Shown here: positions 47,601 through 61,532 of the stretch, piece by piece | Layout of the letters: each line of letters starts with the position of its first letter | How positions within the stretch are numbered: position 1 is the first letter of the stretch | Assembly: GCA_973895155.1 (NCBI GenBank) | Contig: OZ316895.1 | Location: 7,366,184-7,430,183, forward strand | DNA: 64,000 nucleotides | Direction: 5' to 3' | Source: Marsupella aquatica | Taxonomy: Eukaryota; Plantae; Marchantiophyta | Notes under the pieces: model-generated | The model's input: only the letters and a program-made list of their open reading frames with translations | What the model was told of the DNA's origin: nothing | Databases searched by the model: none | Position numbers and translations under genes: made by a program

Positions 47601-50413
47601 ATTTAGATCAGCAGAGGGCCGAAATGTAAAACAACGGAACTTAACAGGTGAAGTAAGTCGATCTCAAAAGTACGTACAACCGCGTGAAGATTGGGTAGGA
47701 TCGATGTTGTGTCGTTAGAGTTTAACCCGGGAGGCTCTGAGACTCCATGATTCTGGCCCCTAACTGCGCCAGAAGTGACAGGTTCTCGGACGTGTCACAG
47801 TGTTAAAGCATCTTCAGATTTTCTTCCCGTCCAGATATCATCGACTCATCTCCTACTGACCTTCGGGCACGCCTAAGAATACCTCTCTGTCCTCCACGCC
47901 CTCGTTTTATCTTTATGTCTCCTTTTGGATGAGTTCTGCGATGCTGTACGTTGCGTAACAAGAACGAACTGCATCTCTTGTGATTTCAAAACCACCAAGG
48001 ATCGACATACGGGTATTGTCACCCAATACGTGTAAACGATGTTACTTATCTGACTCTTACATTGTGATGCTTTCAGGCTGCTATATATCCGGGCAATGTA
48101 TTGGCATTATACCTGAAGAAACCCGCTGGATTCACGTATAAGCCTGGAATGTATCTGTTCCTCCAGTGTCCATCCATGTCGAAATTCCAATGGTAAGAAT
48201 ATCAGAGTTTATCTTACTTATAAATCTGGAACTACAGGCTAGAGTTGACTCCAAGCTTCTAGAGTGAAGCTTCTAATTACACAAGCTAGAGTTGACTCCA
48301 AGCTTCTAGAGTGAAGCTTCTAATTACAAGCTAGAGTGAAGTTTTTAGACTTAATTTCATGGTTCAAAAAATAATGTATGTTGTCAAATGATAATCATGA
48401 TTGCTGTGACTGCTTTTTTATGATTTCTATTTATATTAAAAGTTGATCTCTATAACCTATCTTTTATTTATATTAAAAATTGATCTCTATAACCTATCAT
48501 TGATAATCATGATTGCTTTTTTTTATAATTTTTATTTATAATTAAAAATTGATCTCTATGTCTCCACCATATTATGTATATTATATATACATAAATAGGA
48601 TCTAAAATAGAAAAATTAAGAATGTACATAAAAAAGAGTACTAAGATATTTTATGTTTATTATTAAAACTATACATATTATAATTTTTTTATCATTTCAT
48701 TAATTTTCTAAATATCTAAATAAAAAATATATTTTAATCACATTTTTATTATTCTTTCATCTATTTAAATATATTTTTATTATTTTCCCATCTATTCACG
48801 TTCAAAGAAAGGGGGTAGTTTGGGCTAGTACTTTTAATCACTGCTCTCAATCATGCGCCTCTAGCATCTGACCGTTGAATGTCCAGGCATTACTCTCAAT
48901 CAGACCTACGTGATAATTAGCGTTACTTTTTTGGTGGGTCCTGGTCTCTTACCATTTTTTGACGTTTAAAAGTACTTCAGAGAAAAGCGAGAGAAAAGCG
49001 TGCTGCATTGTCTCCACACTCAATCTCACGCAGGACCCCACTCAATTTAATGGAATTTGTCGTGTAACAGGCATCCATTTTCGTTGACGTCTGCGCCAGG
49101 AGACGATTACCTCAGTGTTCACGTTAGAACTACTGGCGATTGGACTAAGGAATTGAAAACGGTCTTCGCCGCCGCCATCAATTCAGGAAGCGGTGAATTC
49201 CCGCTTATATATATCGATGGGCCTTATGGTGCTCCTGCACAGGATTTTCGTAAATATGATGTCTTGCTGCTAGTAGGGCTTGGAATTGGAGCCACCCCCT
49301 TCATCAGCATCTTAAAAGACATGCTGCACCAAAGGAAAAACAACGATTTGTCTATATCTGACCATTCCATGACGGTTGCAGTAAGTGGACGTTCTTTATA
49401 CACGCTTTTGTGAAGTGCTAAGCGCGGATCATGTTGAAGATGTTCAGCAGTTGGCCAGGCCAGCTAATTCGTGCTAGATTCACTCTGACTAACACGGTGT
49501 GACTCTGACCAGACTTTTAACTGAAACAAATTCTGTTATGTAGGATGCCAGTGATGGAAGCCCTTACACTCCAACTGACGGAAATAGTCCAGCTCTTGAA
49601 AATTCAATTGAATTTAGAAAGAAGAGGAAAAGGCGAAGGTCTCGCGGCCCGACAAATGCATATTTCTACTGGGTCACTCGCGAGCAAGGTTCTTTCGAAT
49701 GGTTCAAAGGAATTATGAACGAGGTGGCAGAGATAGATCAAGAGGCAATTATTGAAATGCACAATTACTTGACAAGTGTTTACCAGGAAGGAGATGCGAG
49801 ATCTGCTCTGATTACCATGGTGCAAGCACTACATCACGCGAAAAGTGGTGTTGACATCGTGTCTGGGACACGAGTAAGTCGATCTTACTGTTTGCCATGA
49901 TAACTGTCCTTCGGATTACCCCACTTGTAAAATGACCAAGATATTTTTTGCGTCCAAATGACTACATCTACGTACATATAAGCAACTTTTAAGCTATAAG
50001 AGTGCAGAAAACAACGAAGGCCTAATATAACTTCCGATTATGGCCATCAATTTGTGCAGGCTCGTACCCACTTTGCGCGTCCCAACTGGAAAAAGGTCTT
50101 CTCCAATCTCGCTGAGGCGCATCCTAATTCTACAATCGGTAACTGCAATGATCCTGCCGTCACTTGCTTCTAGCTAGCCACGTGTTTCGGAGATGGAACA
50201 TATTGACTGATCAAACTGTTTCTCTGCAGTAGCAGTAGTATTCTCTACCGAGTCTACGTAACACTATTTGTTTATTAATTTAAGATTTTATCATTTTGTG
50301 CAGGAGTGTTTTATTGCGGAGCACATGCCGTTTCTAGAGAGCTGGATGCTCTATCGAAACAGTATACACAGGCGACAACTACTAAGTTTGACTTTCACAA
50401 GGAGAACTTTTAG
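44618..50413 (+). CDS. RBOH: respiratory burst oxidase homolog (plant NADPH oxidase), ~846 aa
   Basis: Exons 44618-44978, 45339-45510, 45633-45681, 45833-45946, 46080-46487, 46646-47041, 47231-47326, 48077-48192, 49071-49380, 49544-49873, 50060-50138, 50304-50413 (all GT-AG; 2541 nt, in frame). NADPH_Ox region ([18 protein letters not shown]), EF-hand ([12 protein letters not shown]), heme histidines, [33 protein letters not shown]. The start codon is uncertain. Confidence 0.93.
48238..48828 (+). mobile_element. Helitron-like non-autonomous element in RBOH intron 8
   Basis: 5' repeats of CTAGAGTGAAGCTTCTA, AT-rich body, 3' end TTCAAAGAAAGGGGGTAGTTTGGGCTAG|T shared with copies at ~55.75 kb and ~63.5 kb. 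Confidence 0.55.
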
Positions 50414-52823
50414 AGAAAACCATCTTCAACCTGTGAACATTTTATTGAGTCTGGTAGACAGTTGACTCCTGTACTAGTATAGGTTTGAAATTCAGAATTG
50501 AAGGAGCATTTCTAAAAAAGACATAACTTCCGGGTGTCCTTCTGGGCCCATGCTTTATGTTTCTTAGAATGTAATAAAGGACAGAATTGAAGAAGGCAAC
50601 TTCTGCCTAACCCCAGCGCAGTCAGTTTAGAGTAATTTACTTAGGTCATTTGTTGTCGTTTGGAAAATAAGAAGTATCTTCTCCCGATTTTGCAGACGGT
50701 AACAGTAGCTTTCAAGTCAGAGGATCCGTTCGCCCCTTACTAATTAGCTGTAACACATCACATCATCGAAAAGCTTAGGTAGCTAGATTGCATTGTAATG
50801 ACTGTATAATTATCCTCGTCAGCTAGCTTCCACCTTTCAATTGTGTGGCTGAGCAGATTTTACTGTATGCTGATACTGCCTAATTTTGTGGCGGAGCACC
50901 GTTCATCTCAGACTAGTGTCTCGGTGGCCTAATAAAATAGCTATATGATGCTTTCAGCCCTTCATCATTCAGTGACCGACTCTTGAGGCTTTGATAACCT
51001 TTTTGCCTAGCCATTCACTGTGCAGCTTAAAGTGGTCGACCAGGGAAAGTAAGCCAAGGCTTGAGGCGATGAAGTACTCTTTTCAAGACAAGCTGCATGT
51101 GGTATACTGCGGCTTGTGCTTCATGATCTGTGCAATTTACGATCTGTTTGTTCTTATAGTAACAGCCAGGTTTCCACCACCTGACCACCGTGACTAGAGC
51201 TCGGATTAGTCTGTAATCAGGACAGACAGACAGACAGCTTGTCGCGTCAAGCAATGGGAACTGGACGTGAACCTCTGTGTCAGAATATTCGTTCAGACAA
51301 CGGAGCTATAGGTTAAAAGAAAAGGGTGACAGGAAGGGTGATTACTGCTGTTTGCCCCGAAAAACAAGTAACCCTGAATTCTCGCGCGCGCCGACACAGA
51401 TTTACTTAGAAAGCTCTGGTCTGGTGAAGGTGGTGGGGCAGTGCTCTGAATTTGAAGTTGTCTCGTTCTCTGAATTGTCTCATTTTGGTTGTCACATTCT
51501 GCTCCAGCAGAAACACCTGTCACTTAAGAACTTACGAGCAAAGTACATCCGGGGGCACATCCCAAAGCTATTTTGTCAGTTTCAGCACGATGCTCAACTC
51601 ACCTTGGTTTTGTGCCTATATGTCACTCAGCCCCAATTTTCTACATTACGAACAACTGTATTCTTTACAGTTCTCTCTCTGTAAATCCGCCAACCAGATG
51701 CCCAATATTGGCTTGAGATTGCCCGGCCTGAGTCGACCTTTCAGCATTTTGCCTCCCATCATTGTACATTCGTCGATTTTTGCTCCGAAGATTTGTGTCT
51801 GACACCCTAAACCCTGACCTTCTCTGAACTTGGGAGCATTGCCTCAACTCCACCTGCAAATTAAGAATTGCATGGCATCACTTCTACCAGCAAAAAACCA
51901 AATAGATTTCAAGGAAATCTTCAGCTGAAAGCTAGGAGAAATGCAAGCTTAGAATTCGAATATCAGAAGGTCGAATTCTAAGCCCCAATCGCATAACATT
52001 CTTCCTTGATGCCCACACCCGGTCAACTGTTCACTAGTCCATTCGAAGTGACCCGTTGCCAGGCGCGCTACTGAATGTCTGTTCCCCCAAAAAATGTCAA
52101 AAAGCGGCAACGATCTATTCGAGCAGGTCAAGACAACCCTCCCGGATTTACGAGTGTAGTGGCGCGTGGCAGTTGCTGTGCCGTACCTGCCTGCGTCTCG
52201 ACATAATACAGCAAAAGTTAAAGTGTCCGGCTTGCATGCAAGTCGTTGCGCATCCATTTCGCTGACGTACTAGACCTTTGATTACGTACCCAGCGACTAG
52301 CTGAGAGAGCCACCCACGTGAAGCCAATCTACAATGTTACAATCTTGAGTGTTGCAGACGCTCTCAATTTGTCCGGGACAGATCTTTGCGTAGGCAAAAT
52401 AATACGTCCACACAAAACCAATTTGCCACTAGAGAGCAGTGCTGTCCCCTCTTCAATTCGTGGCTGGCAACTCAGCTTGGAAACATACAGTCATTCGTAG
52501 GAAACTCCCGTCAACGCGAATTTCCTTCGTCCTAAAGTCCTTGCTCGCAAAACCTCACTGGCTCGCGCTCTTCACAATTCTATACTTGCCATCGGCCATT
52601 GATTTCTTGTGTTTATCCAATCCTGGAATGATTTCAACGGAAGGTCAGACGATCTCGATCAGTCGATCATATGACTTTCAGATCGGAGAGAAGACCCGTC
52701 AAAGAAAATCCTTATGTCGATCAGTTCTTGAATGAGATCGGACAGAGAGATAGACTGCTACCGGTCTGATGCATTCGAGCACGTCAGATAAGTTTCGGAC
52801 AGCCACGTGACAGGAGTCTTGAA

Positions 52824-53267
52824 ATGTGGCGTCGAGCCCGGGGTGAGACTGCTCCACCGCGAGGGACGCTATCTAACAGGACACACTATCCGCACAGTAC
52901 TCTACCAAATACCACTTCCAAAACTTCATCCTTCTCTTGTCGAGCACAGGCTTGCAAATTCGGAATATCTCGGTGTCCGAGTCGAAACTCTTATCAGGAT
53001 TTCTCGTGCTGCTCCACTTCAGATAAACAAGTCGGCAATGTTGACAACACTGAGATTCAGATAGCTGAGATAGAGTCTACATCATTAGTACCGAGGAATG
53101 AGAAATTCAGATCTGGAACAGGCGGCAGACGGCACGCAACCAGACACTCCTCCAGTGAGTTCCGACTACTCTTGTCCAGCATTGAAGATCGAGCAATGAC
53201 TGAGCGTGCGGAAGACACAGGTGGATCAGAAATATTCAACCCCACTGCTTCACGACACGATACGAAG
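52824..53267 (+). CDS. possible first exon of an unidentified gene (Ser/Thr/Arg-rich, transit-peptide-like)
   Basis: ATG ORF preceded by a CACGTG G-box, with a strong AAG|GTGAGT donor at 53268. No downstream exons identified. Confidence 0.25.
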
Positions 53268-53419
53268 GTGAGTCTGTTTCGAGATCATCTTATGAAAATA
53301 TTCTGCATGTTTTGAAGACGGAGAAATTGTTCGTGATTGAAATTTGCCATATATGTGGTGGTCAGTCTCCATTGTCCTTCAATTTATTTTTATTATTATG
53401 TATAGCTCATCACCCCATG

Positions 53420-55220
53420 CTTTGCACAAAAGATGGTGTGGTATAAAAGATGTCACTAAGATGTTGCACTAACGATGGAGTGGTATAAAAGATGTCACTG
53501 CATAAGGTGTTGCACAAAAGATGGTGTGGTATAAAAAATGTCAATTCATAAGATGTTGTTAAGCAAAGATGTCCATGTGTAAAAATGTTGTTGTGCAAAA
53601 GGCTTCATTGCATAAAAGAAGTTGTTGCGACATTAAAGTTAGATAAATAATAATAATTTTTTATTTTATTTTATTTTATTTATTTATTTATTTATTACTT
53701 TTTTTACGAAAGGGGAGCCACTTTATTCAGAGGACCCAAAAGGCCAAATTACAGAACTGCCTGGGGAAGGAGGCAGAGAAGAGAAACCAGAAAAAAAGGG
53801 GGGGCTAGAAGAGGGAGCACACCCAAGGAGGAGAGAAGGGAGCCGCCAAGGGCCCAATATGCCAAAAACAGAACTGCCTGGGGGAAGGAGGCAGAGAAGA
53901 AAAACCAGGAAAAAGGTGGCTGAAAGAGGGAGCACACCCAGAGAGGAAGGAAGGGGGCCGCCAACCACCCAGCCCCATGGGAGGAGACGGGGGATAGATG
54001 GATGGAGGCACCCGAGCCGAGAACAGGACCAAACACCAAAACATCTCCAGCAAGACCCAGAACCCACCAAGGCCGACCAACCCAGAAGCGCCCTAGGACT
54101 AGTCCGGGAGAAGCCATCCCACTTTCCACTGGCCCAGAGAACCACCATCCACACTTGATCTCCATCCGCACTCGATCACCAAACCGGATCCACTGCAACC
54201 TTTGCAGAGCAGGAACATGCCAGAGAAAAATGGCTCGATCCCAAGCAGCCTACCACCACACCTTCACCACAAATCTATCTCTCGGCCCATACATCCGCGC
54301 CAGGATCCCCAAAGAAGGAGAAGGCAGGCGAGAGATCCTGTCTTCCAAAACAATAACTGTCATACCCTTAGGATACCCTAAGGAGTCAGCAGATTGATCA
54401 CCCATGATTCGAGAGTGCCCAAACGCCGGAAAGAATACTGTGAGACTCCAGCCACGGGTGCAACCCACAGAGCAGAGGGACCAAAAGGAGGCATAGTGGG
54501 TAACCAGCGGGATGGATCCCAACTTCCCAAGAGACAGTCCGTCTACTGCTCCCAAACAAACAACTGCCGGGGCGCGCACCACCAACCACGCAGATGAAGA
54601 TCCATACTGACTGTACGAGAGCAGATTGGGGGGGGGGAACGGCCAACGCCCCCAAAATAGCACTGAAGACCACCGGATGAAAGCCCAAGGTGTGACGAAC
54701 TATCACAGCAGCCAAGAAGAGCACAGCCCAGATGCCTCCCTAGAGACCTGGTCTGAGAACAGGAGCCGACATTCCTACCACCAGCATGATGCCACCGCCC
54801 CAGAGATGATTCCAACCCAACCAGACCCGATAACTCCACCAATTTTTGCCAGCCAGAGGAAAGCGGAGATAGCCAAAACCAGAGTAGACCCAGACGCCAA
54901 CAAAGGATGAAACAACCAAGACGAGAACCAAATCGGCCAGAGAAGATATCCTATACAATTCTACTGCTAGGTCCTACACTAATAGAGATCCAACATTAAG
55001 TTAGATAATGTTAATGTTATGAAGGAAAAAATGTTGGTATATAACAAAAGTTGTTTGGCAAAAGAGATACTTCAAGTGTAGAAAATGTCATTGCATACAA
55101 AAGATTCTTTCCCCAAAAGAGATTGTTGTGTTCTGGATTGCTTAGTGTAAATATTGTTGCATAAAAGATCGTGTCTTTTGCACTAAGATGTCATGATAGC
55201 AAATATATTGCTAGCTAAAA
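53420..55220. repeat. degenerate minisatellite-like array (GATGTTGTTGCATAAAA-type) split by the LINE insertion
   Basis: Similar units at 53420-53630 and 55010-55220. Confidence 0.55.
53647..54992 (-). mobile_element. 5'-truncated, degenerate non-LTR retrotransposon (LINE 3' portion)
   Basis: Minus strand ends AATAAAGTGGCTCCCCTTTCGT plus an A-rich/(AAAAT)n tail. Flanking ~16-17-bp TSD ACATTAA(A)GTTAGATAA (53630-53646 / 54993-55008). Trp/Cys-rich broken frames; internal ~120-bp duplication. Confidence 0.7.
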
Positions 55221-55751
55221 GAAATTGTTACATAAAAGAGATCAAAGGCAAACACTTGGGCAAAGGCTATTTGGCCTTCAAGAAAAAACTGTGTAAGATT
55301 GGCACATTGACTCTCAAAAATGAGTTCAGGTTTTGTTTGTTGCAATGTCACAAATGTTATCACTTTTGGGGCTTTGTGTAATTGGTGCAAAGTAGCCTGA
55401 CAGGTGTGAGTATGGAGGAGGACAGAGAGTATCAGAAGGACAGATCCTCCTTGATACTCCCCCCTCCATTTCCCCTTTTCCCAGGTTTTTGTGTTTGCTC
55501 CTTGCTTTGGTTCCTTCCAAAAAACATTTGCCACTGCAAACTTCAAACTTAAAAGACTACCACTGCAAAAATAGGTGGGACCTTGTATTATAGGAGCTAA
55601 TTATCTGTGCCTTTTCTTTAGAAAGTGAATCCATGGGAGCTTAAACATTTGTTGTTTCAAGCAATAGTGATTTGTGTGATAAACCAACTACTTACTGAAC
55701 TGAGCACACAAAATTGTAACCATGTGTACCCGCATGTGTATTTAAGTTTCC

Positions 55752-56110
55752 CTAGCCCCAACTACCCCTTCTTTGAACATGAGTAGAGAAGAGTACAATA
55801 AAATATAACAAAATATATTACATATTTCTGTTCTTTAAATGTTAATGAACTGATAAAGAAAAATTATTCATAATATAATATATTATCATGTCTATGCATA
55901 TCTTCTAAGTTACATGCACATATATTTTCATTCATGTATAGGATATCATCATGTCTATGCATATCTATGAATATCTTTTTTACATGCACATATTCTCTTT
56001 CATGTCTGAACATACAATAAACCATCATTTCTATGCACATCTTTGTTCCATGCACATTATTTTACTTTGGTGGGGCCTTAGAGTCATGGCCTCGACGCTG
56101 ACTCTAGCTT
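55752..56110 (-). mobile_element. Helitron-like element copy
   Basis: Reverse complement ends GTTCAAAGAAGGGGTAGTTGGGGCTAG; interior similar to 63161-63516. Confidence 0.5.
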
Positions 56111-59100
56111 CCCCTTTGCGCTTTATAAGTAAGATATTGTCTCTAATCGTTATAAAATCAAAAACTATTCCAGAAACCAAAGCTCCCAGAAATTACAATG
56201 TCTGAGAAAATTAGTGCTGACCTCCTACATATGATTGAACCATTGAATCCCACAATGACCATCTGGACGATTTTTAAAAATTCAATTTTATTTAATACTG
56301 TAGCTCAAAGACTTTGTATGTGGAAAGGCTTTGGTCTTCAGTCAAGGAACAACTTCCAGAAATTGGAATAAAATCACAAATCAGGTAAGATAGAACATGG
56401 ACTATATGTCATCAAGGGAAAAAATATATAGTTTTTGGATCCTCAGTTAAAGTAAGGCACACCTGTGTTTCCATAGTACAGAGGAGCGCTCAAAGGGAAC
56501 CAAGATAGATACACCAACCACCTAGTCCAACTAGTGAGCCTGGCCTCATCTGTAATTGAGGAATAAATCCTCTGGCAAAAAATATACATTCAATGTAGTA
56601 CAACGCCTCAAACTTCAAAGCACAATGGAATTAATCCGTGGACCCCTATGTTCATCCAAGGAATGTGTGTGATAAAATGAAGTTAATTTTCTACAAGGCG
56701 GTAACCAATGGTTTTGAGTCTCCCAGTGATCTTGGTGTATGCTCGTACCAAAGAGAACGCTCGAAAAGATAGAGGAGATCAATCTGATTGAGATGATCTC
56801 TTTGGTTCATCAACCAAAGGTCGAATGTGTAAGAATTTTTTGGACGGTTTTTGCTCAAACATTGGAGAAATCGTGTTTCTATCATTCTTGATTGATTGTT
56901 TGTGAGTTACGTTGAGAATTATCGCCACAAGATAGACCGGAGAACATCACTCAACTGTTGGCAAAAGGGTGCTTGTCATTTTGGTGGGAAGTACGCACAA
57001 AACGGACGAGCCATCACTTCACATACAAGTTTTGTAGTTTTTTTAATTTAAGAACGTTATTGTGTGAGGGGGAGACCAACGATTGTTTCTTTGACACAGA
57101 GGCTACAGTTGGAGTCGGCATGTGTTCAGAGTGAGCTTCATTGAAGCCTGGAGGGAAGCGAACAATTCAAGTCAGGAAGCAAACGTTGCGGACAAGCAAT
57201 GACAACATAATCAAATAAATTAATTTGCAGTGGCTAAGTTTGTGACGGTGATGGGATTGTGATGTCTCTTAATAGAGAAAGGTTTCCAATGAGCCTCGGA
57301 TTGATAAATTTTGTCAAGTTCCAAATGAGTTTTTGAATATCTTTGTCTTTCCAATGAGTGTGACAATAAGAAATTTTGATCATGAGTTCATGAATTCTTT
57401 TAGCTTTCAACATTGAATCCGACATTGACAAATTTCATGTCAGATTTTGTCACGGTACTAAAAAAATCATGAGGTTTTCAATCTCTCTAGTTTTCTAATG
57501 TGTGACATTGAAAGTATTATGTCAAGAATTAAAGAGATCATGAGTATGTGAATTTCTCTAACTTTCTAATGAACTTAACATTGATAGATTTTGTCAAGTA
57601 CTAAGGCGATGATGAGTTTTTAATTTTGCTCTAGCTTAGTTTCCAATGAATGTGATTTTTTGAGAGATTTAAAATAATTTTAAAATACAAGTATTTTGAT
57701 GTAAAACACTGATATATCATTGACAAACATTAGAATGATAATTTTATTTTACTAAATAACATCTCTTCCTTTCTATTCTGTTTTTTTTTGTTCAATATTT
57801 ACGGCATGGCGCCCCAAAAATTACATTTCTTTTGCCACAAACAGGAATGTGCCCTATTGTTACTGTCATAATTAAGATCTTTCCTGTTTGTGGTTGGTTG
57901 TGCTGATGTGGCGCAACCTCATGACAGGGAATTTGCAACAGACTTCTCATGGGGGTCCGCAAAAAATACATGATTCATATAAAATAAGAGTATTAGAAGA
58001 GAACCCTCAAAGTCAGGGATTTGAGCATGTAAGAAGCGCAAGCCGGCAATGTAATTTCCAAAAAAAAATTATGGAAAGTGTATCAAACTCACCAAAAGGA
58101 ATAGCCCAACCTAAAGTCAAACACGCTCCTTAAGAAGTATACTAACCCTGCTGCTGCCCAAATACTTGAGCAGGGTTTCTAAACTAGTGGCTTAAATTCT
58201 ATGTGGTTCCAAGCTCCACAAGAGGGTAATGCAAGACATTGTGAAGAATGGTAGTGGTGTAAATCTGATTATTTATTTAATGAAACATGTCCCTGTACTG
58301 GCAAATGCCTCTGAGGGCAACTAAGATCCTTCAACACTTCACCACTTCCAACTCGAAATAACAGTGTAATGTGAACCTAGCTCCAACATGCAAGTCATTT
58401 CCAGAGAGCAAGTTAAAGTATACAGAAAATCAAACTCTGAAACTTAAATTTTGAGTTGAGTTGGTGAGGAGGTGGATTTCTGAGATTTCCGCAGGCTGAT
58501 ATGCCCTCCACATTCTCAGCATTTGGTCGTGGACTCCTCACTAAATGAAAAGCATTTCCTAATAAAAGCTTCCGTTGAAGGTTTATGTCATGAGTTGCAG
58601 CTTTGAGCGAGTTCCCACAACAAACGTTCCAAAAATAAACGTTGCTTTCATTGCTCCAATGTCGTTCCACCTGTTTTTTCTTTTTCTGGTTTTCCCTTTC
58701 TCGTTTGGAAATAGATGAACAGGCATCGAACTGGTCCATTAACAATTTACCCTTCTTTGCTAATAAACGTGTTCATTGCATATACTATTCAAATTAAATT
58801 AAAGAATAATTCAGTGACAGCGGTCCCAAAAGCACTCATGTGACTTATGATTGCTTCGTCATTGACTTGCAAAGCTCATTGTTTTTGTTTCTCCGACTAG
58901 AGCTTAGAAGGTTTTCTCGATTGAAATTTGTTGCGGCAATAATGCCCACAAGGTCTAGAACAGTCACGTGTGATTCTTTGAGTACATTCCTGCAACACAA
59001 ACTAGAAGCAATCCAAATCATACCCTTTCATGCCTTGCTCGCAAGAGAATCTTATATCATCCACAATCAGTCACCATGATCGTCCGGCCACGTGAACCAT

Positions 59101-59484
59101 TCATCATCAAGATACACCAACTCTTGCGACTTTTGCTGTGACACAGTCATGCAGCCAACGGAGATACTCAACAATGGTGGTGACATACTTGATATCGAGA
59201 CAACGAGCTACATTGGCGCAAACTACCCCTTCCGCAGAAGAGAAGTCCAAATGCAATTCGTCTCTACTTAATTGTGGCGACCCAGTGCTTGTAACTCGCA
59301 AATGACCGTTTTGACCCTCGTCCTGAACTCCGGTGGGACAATCGTGGGCACATGAAGAACTAGTGGAAACAAATCTACTCACCTACAAAACAACAACGGT
59401 CTACTTCATTCGGCGGTGTGCGGCAAATTGTACATTCTCAGGCACCAGGCAATGTAAGGCAGCACTGCTTCAATTAATGGCAAT

Positions 59485-61532
59485 CTACAGTTTTTGTTTC
59501 ACGACTTCGAAAATCATATCCGCAGCATCTTGCACAGTCGACACCTTCTCTGCACCATCCTCCTCCAATGTGACATCGAATTCCTCCTCGATACTCATCA
59601 TGATCTCGACCTGATTCAATCACCGAGCACAATGATCATCACATCACCTCAAGTCTCATGGATGAAAGGAAGGAGGACGGCGGTGATCTTGACACCGAGA
59701 AAAGTCCGCGCTTCTAAGGTGACAAACAAAGTTCTCTACGCAGTTATCCTCGAGACTCCCTGATAAAACAAGACAGCCAGAAGAGAAACATAACCATATC
59801 TGAAGTGAATTCTCCAGGCTCGTCAGAATTTCTCACCGTGTCAAGAGAGTCTGCACCCAAGTCGGAAAACTTTGAATCCGCATGGACTTTATCCTCGTTC
59901 ACTGCTAATTGCTTGGCAATAATTTTTTGAACAGCCGTGAGCGTCTCAGGATCGGCCTTCGTAGAGAAAAAAAAGCAGGATTAGATGAGAATCCAGGTCG
60001 AGTTGAATGAGGACTCTGAAGACTTTGTTGACGAGAATGAAGCTCTTCGTTCAAGCACTCGGTAACATAAGACAAGCCTCATCTCGAGAGACCAAATCGG
60101 ACCCCCGCTCCTTGATACCACCATGTACCACATTTGATAAGAAAGAGTTGACAATTGCGCTTAAACTTGACTCCATCACACGGATAAAGTACAAAAGTAC
60201 GTCAAGCTCAGAAGTCGCAGTATCCAGGCAGGCAAGTTGATAATACATCTCACTTCCAATGAACAACTCCTACTTTACTTGGATGATATCTAGACGGCAG
60301 CATTTGTACATTGCCAAAGGCCCTATTTCAACTCATTAGATCATCTCACCCGATTGCACACAACACATATTGGTCTAAAATGGTGCTACTAAACAAGGGA
60401 GCGAGGCTCAAACCAACTCCCAGAAGTATCAAGTTAACAAAATCCCTAACCCCACCTACCTGCTAATACGATGGTTACTTTTGAAGGTAGTTTTTTTGTT
60501 CGTGTCGAAATTGGAAGGGAAATACGATGTGCATGAGAGCTTACAGCGGCAGTGATGATCAACTTCCGAGGAGCCACCGGGAGGCGGAGGGTGGCTCTTT
60601 GCCTCAGCACCGGACACGGTTTGAATCCATTGAATGTGGCAACCGACTGCAAAACAGAACATAGTATTACGAGAGTCAGGAGACAAACAGTGACCTCCAG
60701 GCCTAAGAAGTAAACCAAACGTACAGCACTTGTCCAACAAAAGACACCAAAATAGGCAAACTTCACAGACAGTCGATCAATGCTGACGAAATAAATGAAA
60801 AGAGAAAGAAAAACGATCCCTCAGCTCCTACAGACTTGCAATGACATACTCCAAAAGACGAGCCCAGGAACCCCGACCAAAAGCAAATCTATCCATCCAA
60901 ACGCCACAGGATGATTTAAGCAACGCACACTACATAAGTTGAACCCACTTCGTCGGCCGGAAACCGTGGAAAAAGACTAACATGCAACGCACTCATTGGC
61001 TTTTAGATCGTCAACAGCAAGTGACACAATCCTCAGTCTACATGAACACGTCCACCATAATCTCGAGAAAACTTCCACAGCACCTGAGTTCTACCTCTAA
61101 AGCTTCCAAGGCGTGTCATACCTTCTACATCAAGGACAGTAAGTTACAAAAACACTCGGAAAACCGTTGTCTATGACACAGTACCTACGGCCAAAATTAT
61201 TGGTGAACAAGTACCAACAAAGATATCTTCATATTACGAAGAACCCTAAGATTCCAACAAATGACAACGCCATACACTCTAAATCAAACACTATACTCAC
61301 GCAGACAACAGAAACGCTTCTCTGGAATGACCACTTCCAGTACAGTAGTTAAGAACAACGGAAACCCAGCTGGAACGAAGAACCAGGGGGAACAGCACAC
61401 TACAGTCCTCGAATCTCTGAAAGAGGTTTCGCAATAGCGTGCGATTGAGATCCACACCTTGGTTGCAGCCGTGTGCCCCGCAGCAACGGATCCGAGAACA
61501 GAACCGACGATCGTAGCTGAAACGGACGCCAT
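59485..61532 (-). CDS. ACP: plastid acyl carrier protein precursor, 140 aa
   Basis: Exons 61532-61458, 60646-60545, 59956-59837, 59610-59485 (GT-AG; 423 nt). Transit peptide, then [17 protein letters not shown]...[20 protein letters not shown] (phosphopantetheine Ser in DSL)...STVQDAA. Confidence 0.95.

Noticed and set aside
51949-52257. ORF with PPR-like KPDTLTF
   Set aside because: Single short motif without 35-aa periodicity.
53723-54958. Stack of overlapping 90-150 aa ORFs
   Set aside because: Compositionally skewed LINE-derived sequence with few stops; no coherent protein.
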